This document shows positions 8,911 through 17,803 of a stretch of 29,884 nt of DNA, piece after piece. The notes beneath the pieces are model-generated. The model was not told the origin of the DNA and made no database searches. It saw only the letters and a program-made list of their open reading frames with translations. Each line of letters opens with the position of its first letter. Within the stretch, counting starts at the first letter, position 1. Origin of the DNA: a virus (taxonomy: Duplodnaviria; Caudoviricetes); the IMG/VR virus record IMGVR_UViG_3300025635_000118, positions 1 through 29,884 of that record; one strand, given 5' to 3'. The position numbers and the translations under genes are program-made.

Positions 8911-9714
8911 TTAGTATTGTAATTCTTTGAGCTTAGCTCTCATAACATTAACAGCACCAGAATTTTTCTTGTTCTTGAAGTAAACGATTGTGTCTTTGAT
9001 ATCTTCTCCGATTGTCTCATCTTCATGAATATGTTGATTTCCAATCTTACGAAGAACTCCTTTCTCAACCATTTCTTCAATTTCTGCACGGATTTCTAAA
9101 GTGTCGTCCTTACAGTATTTCAAAAAACGTTCTGCATTATTTTCTTTATAGTCGTATAATGTGTTTTCAAGTTCTAGATCAGATAGTCTGTCTGGATCAG
9201 AATTCATCAAAACTCGAACTAACATTTTCATTTTATCTTTATTATCCCCAAGCTTAATAAACTCTTTATCAGCTTCTTTCTTAATCTGAACTCTAGTGTT
9301 CTTTTTGATTAAGTCTTTTTGAGGATCATAAACATAGAATTTTTTGTTAGCATCTGTTTTCATCTCTTCTTCAGACATTGCTACTTGTCTATGCTTTTTA
9401 CACCATTGGTAATAGATATAATCCATTACATTATTCGGCATCCCATTTCCATCTTTGCTAATGTCAAGTTCTACTCCTTCAAAAGGAACTTTTAAACTTA
9501 AACTAGCCCAGAAGTCTTTGGTCTTCTCTGGCCACTTTTCATGTCCAGGTGGTACGTCAATAATTTTGGAGAGTACTTTGTTTTCCTCTTCCCCATCCAA
9601 TCCTTTGAGTGGCTGACGGTTCACATAAACTGAACCGATTTTTACCTTGGCTCCTGCACGGATTTCCTTAGGCAGGTGATTCATCACCTCTTTTCTTCTA
9701 ATAATTACTTTCAT
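8911..9714 (-). CDS. Conserved crAss-like protein downstream of MCP (start revised to 9714)
   Basis: Track start 9783 lies in the MCP terminator loop; ATG 9714 has an A-rich upstream context. Confidence 0.7.
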   Translation of the reverse strand: MKVIIRRKEVMNHLPKEIRAGAKVKIGSVYVNRQPLKGLDGEEENKVLSKIIDVPPGHEKWPEKTKDFWASLSLKVPFEGVELDISKDGNGMPNNVMDYIYYQWCKKHRQVAMSEEEMKTDANKKFYVYDPQKDLIKKNTRVQIKKEADKEFIKLGDNKDKMKMLVRVLMNSDPDRLSDLELENTLYDYKENNAERFLKYCKDDTLEIRAEIEEMVEKGVLRKIGNQHIHEDETIGEDIKDTIVYFKNKKNSGAVNVMRAKLKELQY

Positions 9715-9765
9715 TTTTTCGTTCTTTTTCTTATCCTCAGGAAGAATAACCTGAGTTTTATATTT

Positions 9766-9800
9766 AAAAAAGGGAGCAGGCATTAAACCTGCCCCTTTTT
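9766..9800 (-). terminator. Intrinsic terminator after major capsid gene
   Basis: Minus strand GGGGCAGG-TTTAATG-CCTGCTCCC-TTTTTT. Confidence 0.85.
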
Positions 9801-9821
9801 ATATGCAAACCAAAAACACAA

Positions 9822-11246
9822 TTACGATGCAACACATTGTAAATCCAAGCTTGTATCGAAACGACGAAGTAAGATACCAGCTGTCTTCAACATGTGAACA
9901 GATGCACCGTCGATATCACTTGCACGTGTGTCATTTCCAGTAAATCCTTTTGGAACTACTGAACCAGCAACACACCAACGAAGCATTTCACGACCTTTCT
10001 TGTTGATCATTTGAAGGTTGTTTTCCCCATCATAAGTAGATTGGTCAACAAATACCATACGGTATGATTCAAGTGGAAGACCAGATACTGGGTGCTTCTT
10101 AGAAGCTTGAGCAACTGGACCGTGATCAAACAAGTGAGATTTAACTACATTAACCTTGTGACCATCAACGTGCTCATAAGTAGTGAAGTAACCAGTGATT
10201 CCTAAGTTACGACCAGAACCAGTGATGAAGGTTGGTTGTGTAGTTTGTAAGTAAGTGTTTGCACCATAGTAAGACTTAAGAGCACGATCGAATTCACGAG
10301 CTCCACCTACACCAGTGTACAAAGTAACTTGCTTATCAGTAGCGTCAGTCATACCATAGAACAAGTCACCGATAGTTTCTTCAATCTTAGTTTGAGTAAG
10401 AGTTGAGTAAGTATCTTTATTGATGATTTGCTCAAGAAGTCCAGGACCTGAAATTACTGGTTGACCGTTCTCATCAAGCATGGTAGAAGTACCATTTGCA
10501 TCGTGAGTTTTTTGTCCATACCAGTAGTACATTTCACATTCTTCTTTGAACTTCAACATGTGACGGTACTCTTCGTAATCCATCCACAATTTAGTTTTGC
10601 TACCTTCTTTTAATGGAAGCTCGAATTGAGCAACATAGTCTTTAGCATTACCAGAGAAGTGGTAAGATTTACGGATAGTTCCGATTTTAGAACGAACTAG
10701 TCCAGGTGCAGTCCAGTTAGATGCATTACCACGAGAGAAGTCAATTCCCACGTTAGCATACAACATACCCCACAAGGCACCATCAGCTAAGTCACCACCT
10801 GCAGAAGCAGATAGAGCAGCAGCATCAGGAGAAACTAGTTTTAAGGTGTACTTCCATCCAGCTCCATCAGCAACTGGCTCAGTCATAATACGAGCTAAAA
10901 TACCAGATTGAGATACAAGAGTGTAAGGGAAAATAAACCATTTGTCTGGGAAAGTTACAGTGAATGCAGATCCACCTGCTCCAGTTCCAGAGCTTGCGAT
11001 AACAGGACGAACATTAATTTCGTGTGTTTTAACACGATATTCGTACTCATAACGATCGATAGATTTAGTGTTACCAACACCTTCAGTTAAGAAAGACAAT
11101 GGGAACTTCTTCTCTTCACGACCAGCCAAATGAGTGATGATAGGAGATAACTCCTCAGGACGTTCCATAAGTGCATTAACCAACGAGTTAGTGTCAGTCA
11201 TCTGAGCATCATTATAGTACGTTTTTAATACTTGCATTAGTGCCAT
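9822..11246 (-). CDS. Major capsid protein (crAss-like, HK97-type fold expected)
   Basis: 474 aa; TIRKSYHFSGNA, WMDYEEY, ISGPGLLEQI, LYTGVGG motifs; follows acidic scaffold-like gene and is followed by a terminator. Confidence 0.85.
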   Translation of the reverse strand: MALMQVLKTYYNDAQMTDTNSLVNALMERPEELSPIITHLAGREEKKFPLSFLTEGVGNTKSIDRYEYEYRVKTHEINVRPVIASSGTGAGGSAFTVTFPDKWFIFPYTLVSQSGILARIMTEPVADGAGWKYTLKLVSPDAAALSASAGGDLADGALWGMLYANVGIDFSRGNASNWTAPGLVRSKIGTIRKSYHFSGNAKDYVAQFELPLKEGSKTKLWMDYEEYRHMLKFKEECEMYYWYGQKTHDANGTSTMLDENGQPVISGPGLLEQIINKDTYSTLTQTKIEETIGDLFYGMTDATDKQVTLYTGVGGAREFDRALKSYYGANTYLQTTQPTFITGSGRNLGITGYFTTYEHVDGHKVNVVKSHLFDHGPVAQASKKHPVSGLPLESYRMVFVDQSTYDGENNLQMINKKGREMLRWCVAGSVVPKGFTGNDTRASDIDGASVHMLKTAGILLRRFDTSLDLQCVAS

Positions 11247-11278
11247 GATTCTTTATTTTTTAAAAGTTAAATTGCGTT

Positions 11279-12415
11279 TTATTCAAACAGCTTCTTCATG
11301 TCCAGTTGTTCTGGATCAAATTTTCTTATTCTTTTATCGGATTTACCGTAATTCTTTAATTTTTCTTGGTTAGACTGAATCTTATCTCTTAAGCTTTTAG
11401 CACTTTCAGTTCTAACTTTAGTTGTGATGATATCTTGCAAATTCATCTTCTTGTACATCAAGTAATCGATTGCAAGTTTTACATCTAACTCAGAGTTAGC
11501 ATAATCCATATCTCTACGAGTCTTTCCTGATTTATCTACAGGCTCAGAAATGTAGTCGAAGAATTTTGCTTTCTCTTTTTCTGGGATACGAATTCCTGCA
11601 AATTCACGACCTTCTTGAATAGTGTTAGCTACTCCTTCCCAAAATTCATCTTGCTTTTGCTTTGCTTCAAGCTGTTCTCGTCTTTGTCTTTCAACAATTT
11701 GTTCACGTTCTTTAGCTTGGATATTAGCAAGTTGTTTTTGAGCATTTATAGCTCTGTCGTATAATTTACCAGAATCTTCATAATCCTCTACCATATCTTT
11801 GATGAATTCATCATCATGACCTTTAGTTCTTAAGTATTCTACTACGAATCCTTTCTGAGTACGAGAGTCAGATTTATCAATTTCAATGTTTCCATAATCC
11901 AAAGATGGGTTATATGCTTCAAAGAATTTGTCTGGATCTCCACCAGCTAGAACAAAGTCAAGATGTTTCTGTACGGTAGGAAACTGATCAAATAATGATT
12001 GAAGTTGATCTTCAGCAATCTCTTTAGCTATGTCTTTAGTGAATTCAATTAAACCTTCTTCGGTATCAGCATATTCATTTTCTAGTTCATACCCAAGTTG
12101 TTTTGCAATTGTCTCAGCTATAGACGCTTCTGAGTCTTCACCTTCTTGCTCATCCCCTAAGTCATCGTCATCGTCATCATCGTTAGATTCAAATTTCTTC
12201 TTAGGAGTTTTTGCAGGAGGAGTATCATCATCTTCATCCTCTTCAATTTCATTTTCTACATCAGAATCATCTTCCAATTCATCATCGGTAAGTTCATCTT
12301 CGTTTTCAATGTTTTCAGCTGCTCCCTCTTTAGGGTTAGCTGTCTCAAGTCCATCTCCAATAAAGTCGTCGAAAGAGATGTCTGAGAAACTTAGTTTTGT
12401 GTCTTGTTTTGCCAT
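11279..12415 (-). CDS. Acidic scaffold-like head assembly protein
   Basis: D/E-rich N-terminus, helical C-terminus; directly upstream of MCP. Confidence 0.65.
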   Translation of the reverse strand: MAKQDTKLSFSDISFDDFIGDGLETANPKEGAAENIENEDELTDDELEDDSDVENEIEEDEDDDTPPAKTPKKKFESNDDDDDDDLGDEQEGEDSEASIAETIAKQLGYELENEYADTEEGLIEFTKDIAKEIAEDQLQSLFDQFPTVQKHLDFVLAGGDPDKFFEAYNPSLDYGNIEIDKSDSRTQKGFVVEYLRTKGHDDEFIKDMVEDYEDSGKLYDRAINAQKQLANIQAKEREQIVERQRREQLEAKQKQDEFWEGVANTIQEGREFAGIRIPEKEKAKFFDYISEPVDKSGKTRRDMDYANSELDVKLAIDYLMYKKMNLQDIITTKVRTESAKSLRDKIQSNQEKLKNYGKSDKRIRKFDPEQLDMKKLFE

Positions 12416-12420
12416 ATATA

Positions 12421-12428
12421 CAAAGGTA
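12421..12428 (-). promoter_or_regulatory. Bacteroidota -7 promoter box TACCTTTG
   Basis: TAnnTTTG, 5 nt before the ATG at 12415. Confidence 0.7.
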
Positions 12429-12462
12429 TTGGTTTACTTATATCAAAAAAGTATAAATTTAT

Positions 12463-12492
12463 TTTTTATATTCCTCTTTATTATATCACACT
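12463..12492 (-). promoter_or_regulatory. Conserved 30-bp upstream motif, copy 1 (AGTGTGATATAATAAAGAGGAATATAAAAA)
   Basis: 25/30 identical to 17774-17803; near-identical distance to the downstream start. Confidence 0.7.
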
Positions 12493-15113
12493 CGTCTTTT
12501 TAGTCCTCTACAAGTGTAACACTTAGCTCCCCCCATTTTCTTCTTTTTATCTTTCTTTATCTTCCTATCTTCTTCTTTAAAACCTCCTGTTGCAAACTTT
12601 ACTTTAACTGGCTTTCTTTCAGGGGTTCCTTCTTTAGAAGTTTTTTCAGCATTTTTATTAGTGTCTACTTCAACATCTTCAAAGCTTGGAAGATCATATT
12701 TTTTATCTTCAGGTATCCTTATATCTATATTTTTATTTTCTGTTATATCTTGTCCAAAGTCTAATGCATTTAGTATTTGTTGCCAAGGAATATATCTAGT
12801 TATAGGTTTTACAGCTTCTTGAACGTATCTAACTTTTCCAATCCTGCCTAAACCAGGAACAGCTCCAAACATATCTAAAGCTTCCGATGAGGTTGGTTTC
12901 TCTCTTCCAGATGCTTTCCAGCTTTCATATGCTCTTCTAGCATCATCGTGAGACAGAATTCCTGTTGGATCTAAAAATTCTAAAACGTTTTCAGTTATAT
13001 CATCCTTACCCCATTTTTTATAAAAATCAGGTACTTGATTCCAATATATTTCTTCTTCCAATGTAGACTTTCTTATTGGTCTAAAATTAGGTAGTGGTTG
13101 ATTAAGTCCTAAGTCTGGGTATTTACTTGGATCTATATTATAGTTAAATCTATTAGCTTTTACCTCTACCGGATTTACCGTATGAATTGGCATCCAGGCA
13201 GGAGGCGGTGTAGCTTTTGGATAATCTTTTGGTGGATCAGTTTTGAATCCCCCTTTAGCTTTTTTATCCATAGCGTTTTGTATTCCTATTCCTACTCCTG
13301 TTGCTGGAGCTGCTACCCACAGTCTATTAAATAATTCTGCTAATTTTTTTGGATCTTGTTTATCTATAGTTACTGCAAATGCTGGGTCTATTTTAGTATT
13401 ACCAGCTTTTACTTGCTGTAAAATATCATTGGCTCGTTCAGAAGTTATAATTTCACCTGGTTTTATTTCATGTGCTTTCCTTAACTCCATAATTCTAGCG
13501 TGAACTTCTGTAGGGTCTGCTAAGTATCCAGAGTAAGCATCCTCCATACTCATAAATTTAAATGGGTCTTTTCCTTCTTTTGTAAGTTCTTCCCATTTTA
13601 AAAAGTTTTCTTTACTTTTAGGATCTAAATTTTTTAAAATTATATTTCGTTGTCCTGATTTTTTTAATGCTTCTGCAGGTACCCAGTCGTGTGTTCCCTC
13701 ATGGACAGTCGTACTAGCTCTAAAGCCTTGAGGTATTTTAGGGTTTCTTGATATGAAACTTCCGTATTCATCGAAAGGACGGTATACTCCTCGTTTGTAA
13801 AGCTCTCTTGTAGCAGGTGAGACATTATGCATATAGCTTACTCCAAAGTTACCTTGATGCATAGGCCCATTAAATAGCTGAGATGCTAACCCATATTCTT
13901 TAGAACTAGGTTTAAAAGTTTTAGACTGCTCTTTAATTAAATTAATAAGTCTGCCAGGAGTACCAGATACATCTCTAAAATTATAGGCAGCGTTCATATC
14001 TGCATCTATTTTAGCTTGAGTTGATGGATGCTCTATCCAGTTTTTTAACCAAGTATTTCCCTCTTCAATAGCAGCTCTATTAGCTCTTCCTTGGGTCACT
14101 TCTCCTTTTACCTCATTTAAAAATGATTTTGCTCTATTTATTTGTGGTTTAAAAATTTTTCCTGCTAATGGAGCGGACATCAAAGCATCCATCCCCACTT
14201 TTCCTGCTCCACTCCAAGAAGGATTTAATGCAAACTCTCCTAAGTCAGGAGCAAAATTTACAGCTCCTTCCACAGCCCCAACTGCCATACCTACTGGAGT
14301 AAAGTAAGCCGCTGTTTTGAAAGCAGGATTATTAATTGCTAATTCATGACCTTTTATAATGTAGTCCTTCATTCTTCTATCCTCTAGAGCTTTCTCCTCA
14401 TCTGCTGTCATTTTACCAAAAGTTTCAGGATTAAGACCTGCATCTACAATAGACTTTTGGTAAGCTTGTTTATTTTCTCCCTCTGCTAATCTTCTTTTAG
14501 TTTCTGAAGAAATAGAAGTTCTTTGATTGATTGGTAATTTTTCTAAAACTCCTGTTACAGGATTGTACCCATAGTTACCACTATATACAGCACGTCTTAT
14601 CTGATCACTATATCTAGAATCATCTGAATAATTACTTCTACTATCAAACCAGTTTGGATCGTTTTTATATGTATACAACCTATTTTCTGCCCCCATTGAA
14701 GATAATCCTTGGTTTGGAGGATCTTTCTTAAACCCCCCTTTAGCAAATATTGCCTCCCCTTTGTATGACCCAGTTTGATTTGGTACTATCCCTACGTTAG
14801 TCGATCTAGATGAGTCTACTAATGGCTGTTGTTGTTCAGGCATTTGCACTGGAACATTAGCTTGTACTATTGGGGGAGATGATGGGAGTTGTTGTTGAGG
14901 TTGTTGTTGAGGTAACGGAGATGTTGGCTGAAGTGTTTGTGATGCAACAAAATCAGACATCTGCTGAGCTTGTTTAACTCTTTGTTCTTGTTGATACTCA
15001 GCAATTAAATCTCTCCCCTGCTCATATGCAGTAAAAACATCTAATATACTCCCAGGAAAGCCAGATTGTCTAGCTTTAGATAGTAATTCTTTTCTTTTAT
15101 TATTGTCTAACAT
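12486..15113 (-). CDS. Modular putative head-cargo protein with zincin-like metallopeptidase domain
   Basis: HEGTH (13689-13703) plus downstream YLADPTEVHARIMELR; Q/P-rich N-terminus; repeated xxGGFKxD motifs. Confidence 0.65.
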   Translation of the reverse strand: MLDNNKRKELLSKARQSGFPGSILDVFTAYEQGRDLIAEYQQEQRVKQAQQMSDFVASQTLQPTSPLPQQQPQQQLPSSPPIVQANVPVQMPEQQQPLVDSSRSTNVGIVPNQTGSYKGEAIFAKGGFKKDPPNQGLSSMGAENRLYTYKNDPNWFDSRSNYSDDSRYSDQIRRAVYSGNYGYNPVTGVLEKLPINQRTSISSETKRRLAEGENKQAYQKSIVDAGLNPETFGKMTADEEKALEDRRMKDYIIKGHELAINNPAFKTAAYFTPVGMAVGAVEGAVNFAPDLGEFALNPSWSGAGKVGMDALMSAPLAGKIFKPQINRAKSFLNEVKGEVTQGRANRAAIEEGNTWLKNWIEHPSTQAKIDADMNAAYNFRDVSGTPGRLINLIKEQSKTFKPSSKEYGLASQLFNGPMHQGNFGVSYMHNVSPATRELYKRGVYRPFDEYGSFISRNPKIPQGFRASTTVHEGTHDWVPAEALKKSGQRNIILKNLDPKSKENFLKWEELTKEGKDPFKFMSMEDAYSGYLADPTEVHARIMELRKAHEIKPGEIITSERANDILQQVKAGNTKIDPAFAVTIDKQDPKKLAELFNRLWVAAPATGVGIGIQNAMDKKAKGGFKTDPPKDYPKATPPPAWMPIHTVNPVEVKANRFNYNIDPSKYPDLGLNQPLPNFRPIRKSTLEEEIYWNQVPDFYKKWGKDDITENVLEFLDPTGILSHDDARRAYESWKASGREKPTSSEALDMFGAVPGLGRIGKVRYVQEAVKPITRYIPWQQILNALDFGQDITENKNIDIRIPEDKKYDLPSFEDVEVDTNKNAEKTSKEGTPERKPVKVKFATGGFKEEDRKIKKDKKKKMGGAKCYTCRGLKRRV

Positions 15114-15526
15114 TAGCTCAAGAATTTAAGCTTGTACTTAGCTGAGTTTAAAGTTGATTTAATAGCATCTAAATCATTTACAATTTCTGTGTAAGATATT
15201 GTTTCTTGAAGCTTAGTGATTTTATCATGCAATTCTTCAATGTAACTAATTGCTTCTTTTACAGATTTTAACTTAGGGGCTGATGTATCTGGGTAATCTA
15301 ATATCTCTCCAGTTACTCCTTGATATCCTTCGGCAATTGTATCTGCCAAACCTGGTAATGCCTCATATAGCTCATTAAGAGCTTTGTGAGCTGAGTAAGA
15401 TCCTGGTCCTGTTACAGTTAAATGAAGAATGTGAAACTTATTAGAAGCATCTAGCATTTCTACTACTAAACTTGGGACTGATACTTTACTTTTTATAGTC
15501 TGAGCTACTTTATCTAAATATTTCAT
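15113..15526 (-). CDS. Dps/ferritin-like protein (DUF5856-like)
   Basis: HILHLTV.G..SYSAHKALNELYE...DTIAE.YQG ferritin-like ligand pattern. Confidence 0.7.
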   Translation of the reverse strand: MKYLDKVAQTIKSKVSVPSLVVEMLDASNKFHILHLTVTGPGSYSAHKALNELYEALPGLADTIAEGYQGVTGEILDYPDTSAPKLKSVKEAISYIEELHDKITKLQETISYTEIVNDLDAIKSTLNSAKYKLKFLS

Positions 15527-17727
15527 TATTGATTATTTTGTGATGCTTTGATTTCAATCTCTCTTTCTTTCAAAGCTATTTGTTGTTGTTTTAATTGAAA
15601 ATCTTGCATCATCTTTTCTAGTGTAGCTGAAGAATTTTTATCTGAAGCTTCTGCTGCAATAAGGGCTTTTTCAATTTCTAATTGACGATCTTTTTCTTTT
15701 TCAATAGCAAGTTGTTGCATTTGCTGTTGTTGTAATTCAATCTTTTGTTGCTCTTGTTGCTGCATTGCTTGTTCTTGAGCTTTCTTAAGTTCTTCTGCAG
15801 ATTTTTCAGCTTGAACAATTTTATCTTTAATTTGAGACAAGCTATCTGTTTCAAACATTGCAATAGCTGAAGATAATGGCATTCCATTCTGAATAGCTGC
15901 TTGAGCAAGACTTTCGATCTTCATTTTCTTTTCAATGTCCTTACCAGAGTCTGATACGAATATACCATACTCACTTTCCATATGAGTAATTGGGTCAATG
16001 TCTACTTGGTCTAACGATCCGTCAGGCATTACATACATTGCTTTTTTCCCGTTTAACCAAGCCTCTTTCGAATAATCCAAAAGACCTTGTAATTCCCTTT
16101 GTTCAAAGTGTGAGAATTTACGGAATATATCTTCAGTAATATGAGAAGATTGAACAATGGATTGCTGTGATGTGGCTTTTCCTTCATATGTCCCCATTTG
16201 CCCTTGTCTCTGTCTAGTTACTCCACTAAGCTTTTCCCATTCTAACATGATTGATTCAAGGAGAGTTAAATATTGTGAGATTGTTTTAATAGACATATCT
16301 AATACAGACTGATGCTGTGGAGATAGTTGAATTCCCTCTTTATTGTAATCAACCCAAGCAATACCTGTACCTTCTACAAAGTACATAAACTTGTCCATGT
16401 CCCAGTTCTTTGGGATCATGTTAATATCGAACTGAGCTACAATATCTTTTGATCTAGCTATTGCTAGTTCAAGACGGTATTTGTAGATGTTATAGTTAAG
16501 CTGGTAAGGTATCCCTAATGATACCAATGAAACATTCTGAGAGTTGATATCAGAATATTTTCTTCCGTTAATTGGGAGTTTACAAATCGATGGGTTATCT
16601 AAACTATTTCTTTGATTTGGGAGGGGTTGCATTTTGATGTAGTATAGACCATCAATTCTTGTTCCTTCCCAAACTTCATTAACCCATTCCCATTCTATTT
16701 TAGCACTAAGCTCTTTTAATTCTGCAGGAAGTTTGTAAGACTCATCTATGTCGAACATTTCCTCCATACCTGTGTTAGGGTCTGTATACTTTACAAATCC
16801 AATACGTTTTCTAGATTTCCAATATACTGTTACAACTTCAATTAGTCTGTTACGATAGATATTATCATCAGCACCAGATGCTTCGGATCTATATAAGAGA
16901 TATGCTTCTGCAGATGTATGTGTTGGGTTTTCTAAGTTTAATATTTGTTCATCTGATAAGTACTCCCCATAAGCATCGATTATTGTAGATGCATGTGAAT
17001 ATTTACGAATGATGGCCCAGTCTGCATCTTCTACAAAGTCAATGTCTGGATCTTTGTCATAGTCTATGTCTAACGGATTAACTACTTCGTAGAATGGTTC
17101 GTTACGACGTACTCCTTTGTGTGAGTAACATTCCCCAGCAATAAGAAAGTGAAAGAATTGTTTTTGAAGTTTATCGTAAATTTCATTAAAGTACATTACA
17201 TATGTTAAGGCTGCTTGTCCTTTTATAGCTCTTGAGTCTACATATGTTCTATTAAATTCTTCTTTTACTTGTTTAGGGAGAGGGATTTCTTGCTGCTCAA
17301 TATCTATTTGTCCTTGCTTTGCAAGTTCATTTAAAAACTGACCTTTAATGTTTTGAAGCATTAAGTTTTTAAGAGCCTCTTCTTTTAAGCTAACGGAGTC
17401 TGCATTTTGTACAGTTACAGTATACTCTAATGGACGTTTTGATTTCTCCCCTAACAAAAGATCTATGATAGGTTTGATAATTGGGTAGTTACGTAACTTA
17501 GATGGGAAGTTTTTACGTGTCTTCCCATAAGGCTTAAGCACATAGTTATAATCTTCTTCATCAATTACTCCATTGTAATAATCATACAATGATTTTAAGT
17601 AACTTCTTCTTTCACTGATCCCAAACTTTGATAGATTAATAAATGCATCTACACATGTTTTTCTCCACTCTTCAGTTTTTTGAGTTGCAGGGATTCTTTG
17701 TTTTGGTATATGGGCTTGTCCGTACAT
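15526..17727 (-). CDS. Portal protein (crAss-like)
   Basis: 733 aa directly after TerL; NYPIIKPIIDLLLGE, LSGVTRQRQG, Q/E-rich coiled-coil tail. Confidence 0.88.
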   Translation of the reverse strand: MYGQAHIPKQRIPATQKTEEWRKTCVDAFINLSKFGISERRSYLKSLYDYYNGVIDEEDYNYVLKPYGKTRKNFPSKLRNYPIIKPIIDLLLGEKSKRPLEYTVTVQNADSVSLKEEALKNLMLQNIKGQFLNELAKQGQIDIEQQEIPLPKQVKEEFNRTYVDSRAIKGQAALTYVMYFNEIYDKLQKQFFHFLIAGECYSHKGVRRNEPFYEVVNPLDIDYDKDPDIDFVEDADWAIIRKYSHASTIIDAYGEYLSDEQILNLENPTHTSAEAYLLYRSEASGADDNIYRNRLIEVVTVYWKSRKRIGFVKYTDPNTGMEEMFDIDESYKLPAELKELSAKIEWEWVNEVWEGTRIDGLYYIKMQPLPNQRNSLDNPSICKLPINGRKYSDINSQNVSLVSLGIPYQLNYNIYKYRLELAIARSKDIVAQFDINMIPKNWDMDKFMYFVEGTGIAWVDYNKEGIQLSPQHQSVLDMSIKTISQYLTLLESIMLEWEKLSGVTRQRQGQMGTYEGKATSQQSIVQSSHITEDIFRKFSHFEQRELQGLLDYSKEAWLNGKKAMYVMPDGSLDQVDIDPITHMESEYGIFVSDSGKDIEKKMKIESLAQAAIQNGMPLSSAIAMFETDSLSQIKDKIVQAEKSAEELKKAQEQAMQQQEQQKIELQQQQMQQLAIEKEKDRQLEIEKALIAAEASDKNSSATLEKMMQDFQLKQQQIALKEREIEIKASQNNQ

Positions 17728-17732
17728 TAATA

Positions 17733-17740
17733 CAAAATTA
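17733..17740 (-). promoter_or_regulatory. Bacteroidota -7 promoter box TAATTTTG
   Basis: TAnnTTTG, 5 nt before the portal ATG at 17727. Confidence 0.7.
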
Positions 17741-17773
17741 GTTTTGATTTACCAGTGATCTGGAAAAATCTTG

Positions 17774-17803
17774 TTTTTATTAACTTCTTTATAATATCAC
17801 ACT
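17774..17803 (-). promoter_or_regulatory. Conserved 30-bp upstream motif, copy 2 (AGTGTGATATTATAAAGAAGTTAATAAAAA)
   Basis: 25/30 identical to 12463-12492. Confidence 0.7.

Noticed and set aside
12160-12305. TCA/TCG trinucleotide-like runs
   Set aside because: They simply encode the Asp/Glu-rich tract of the scaffold-like protein
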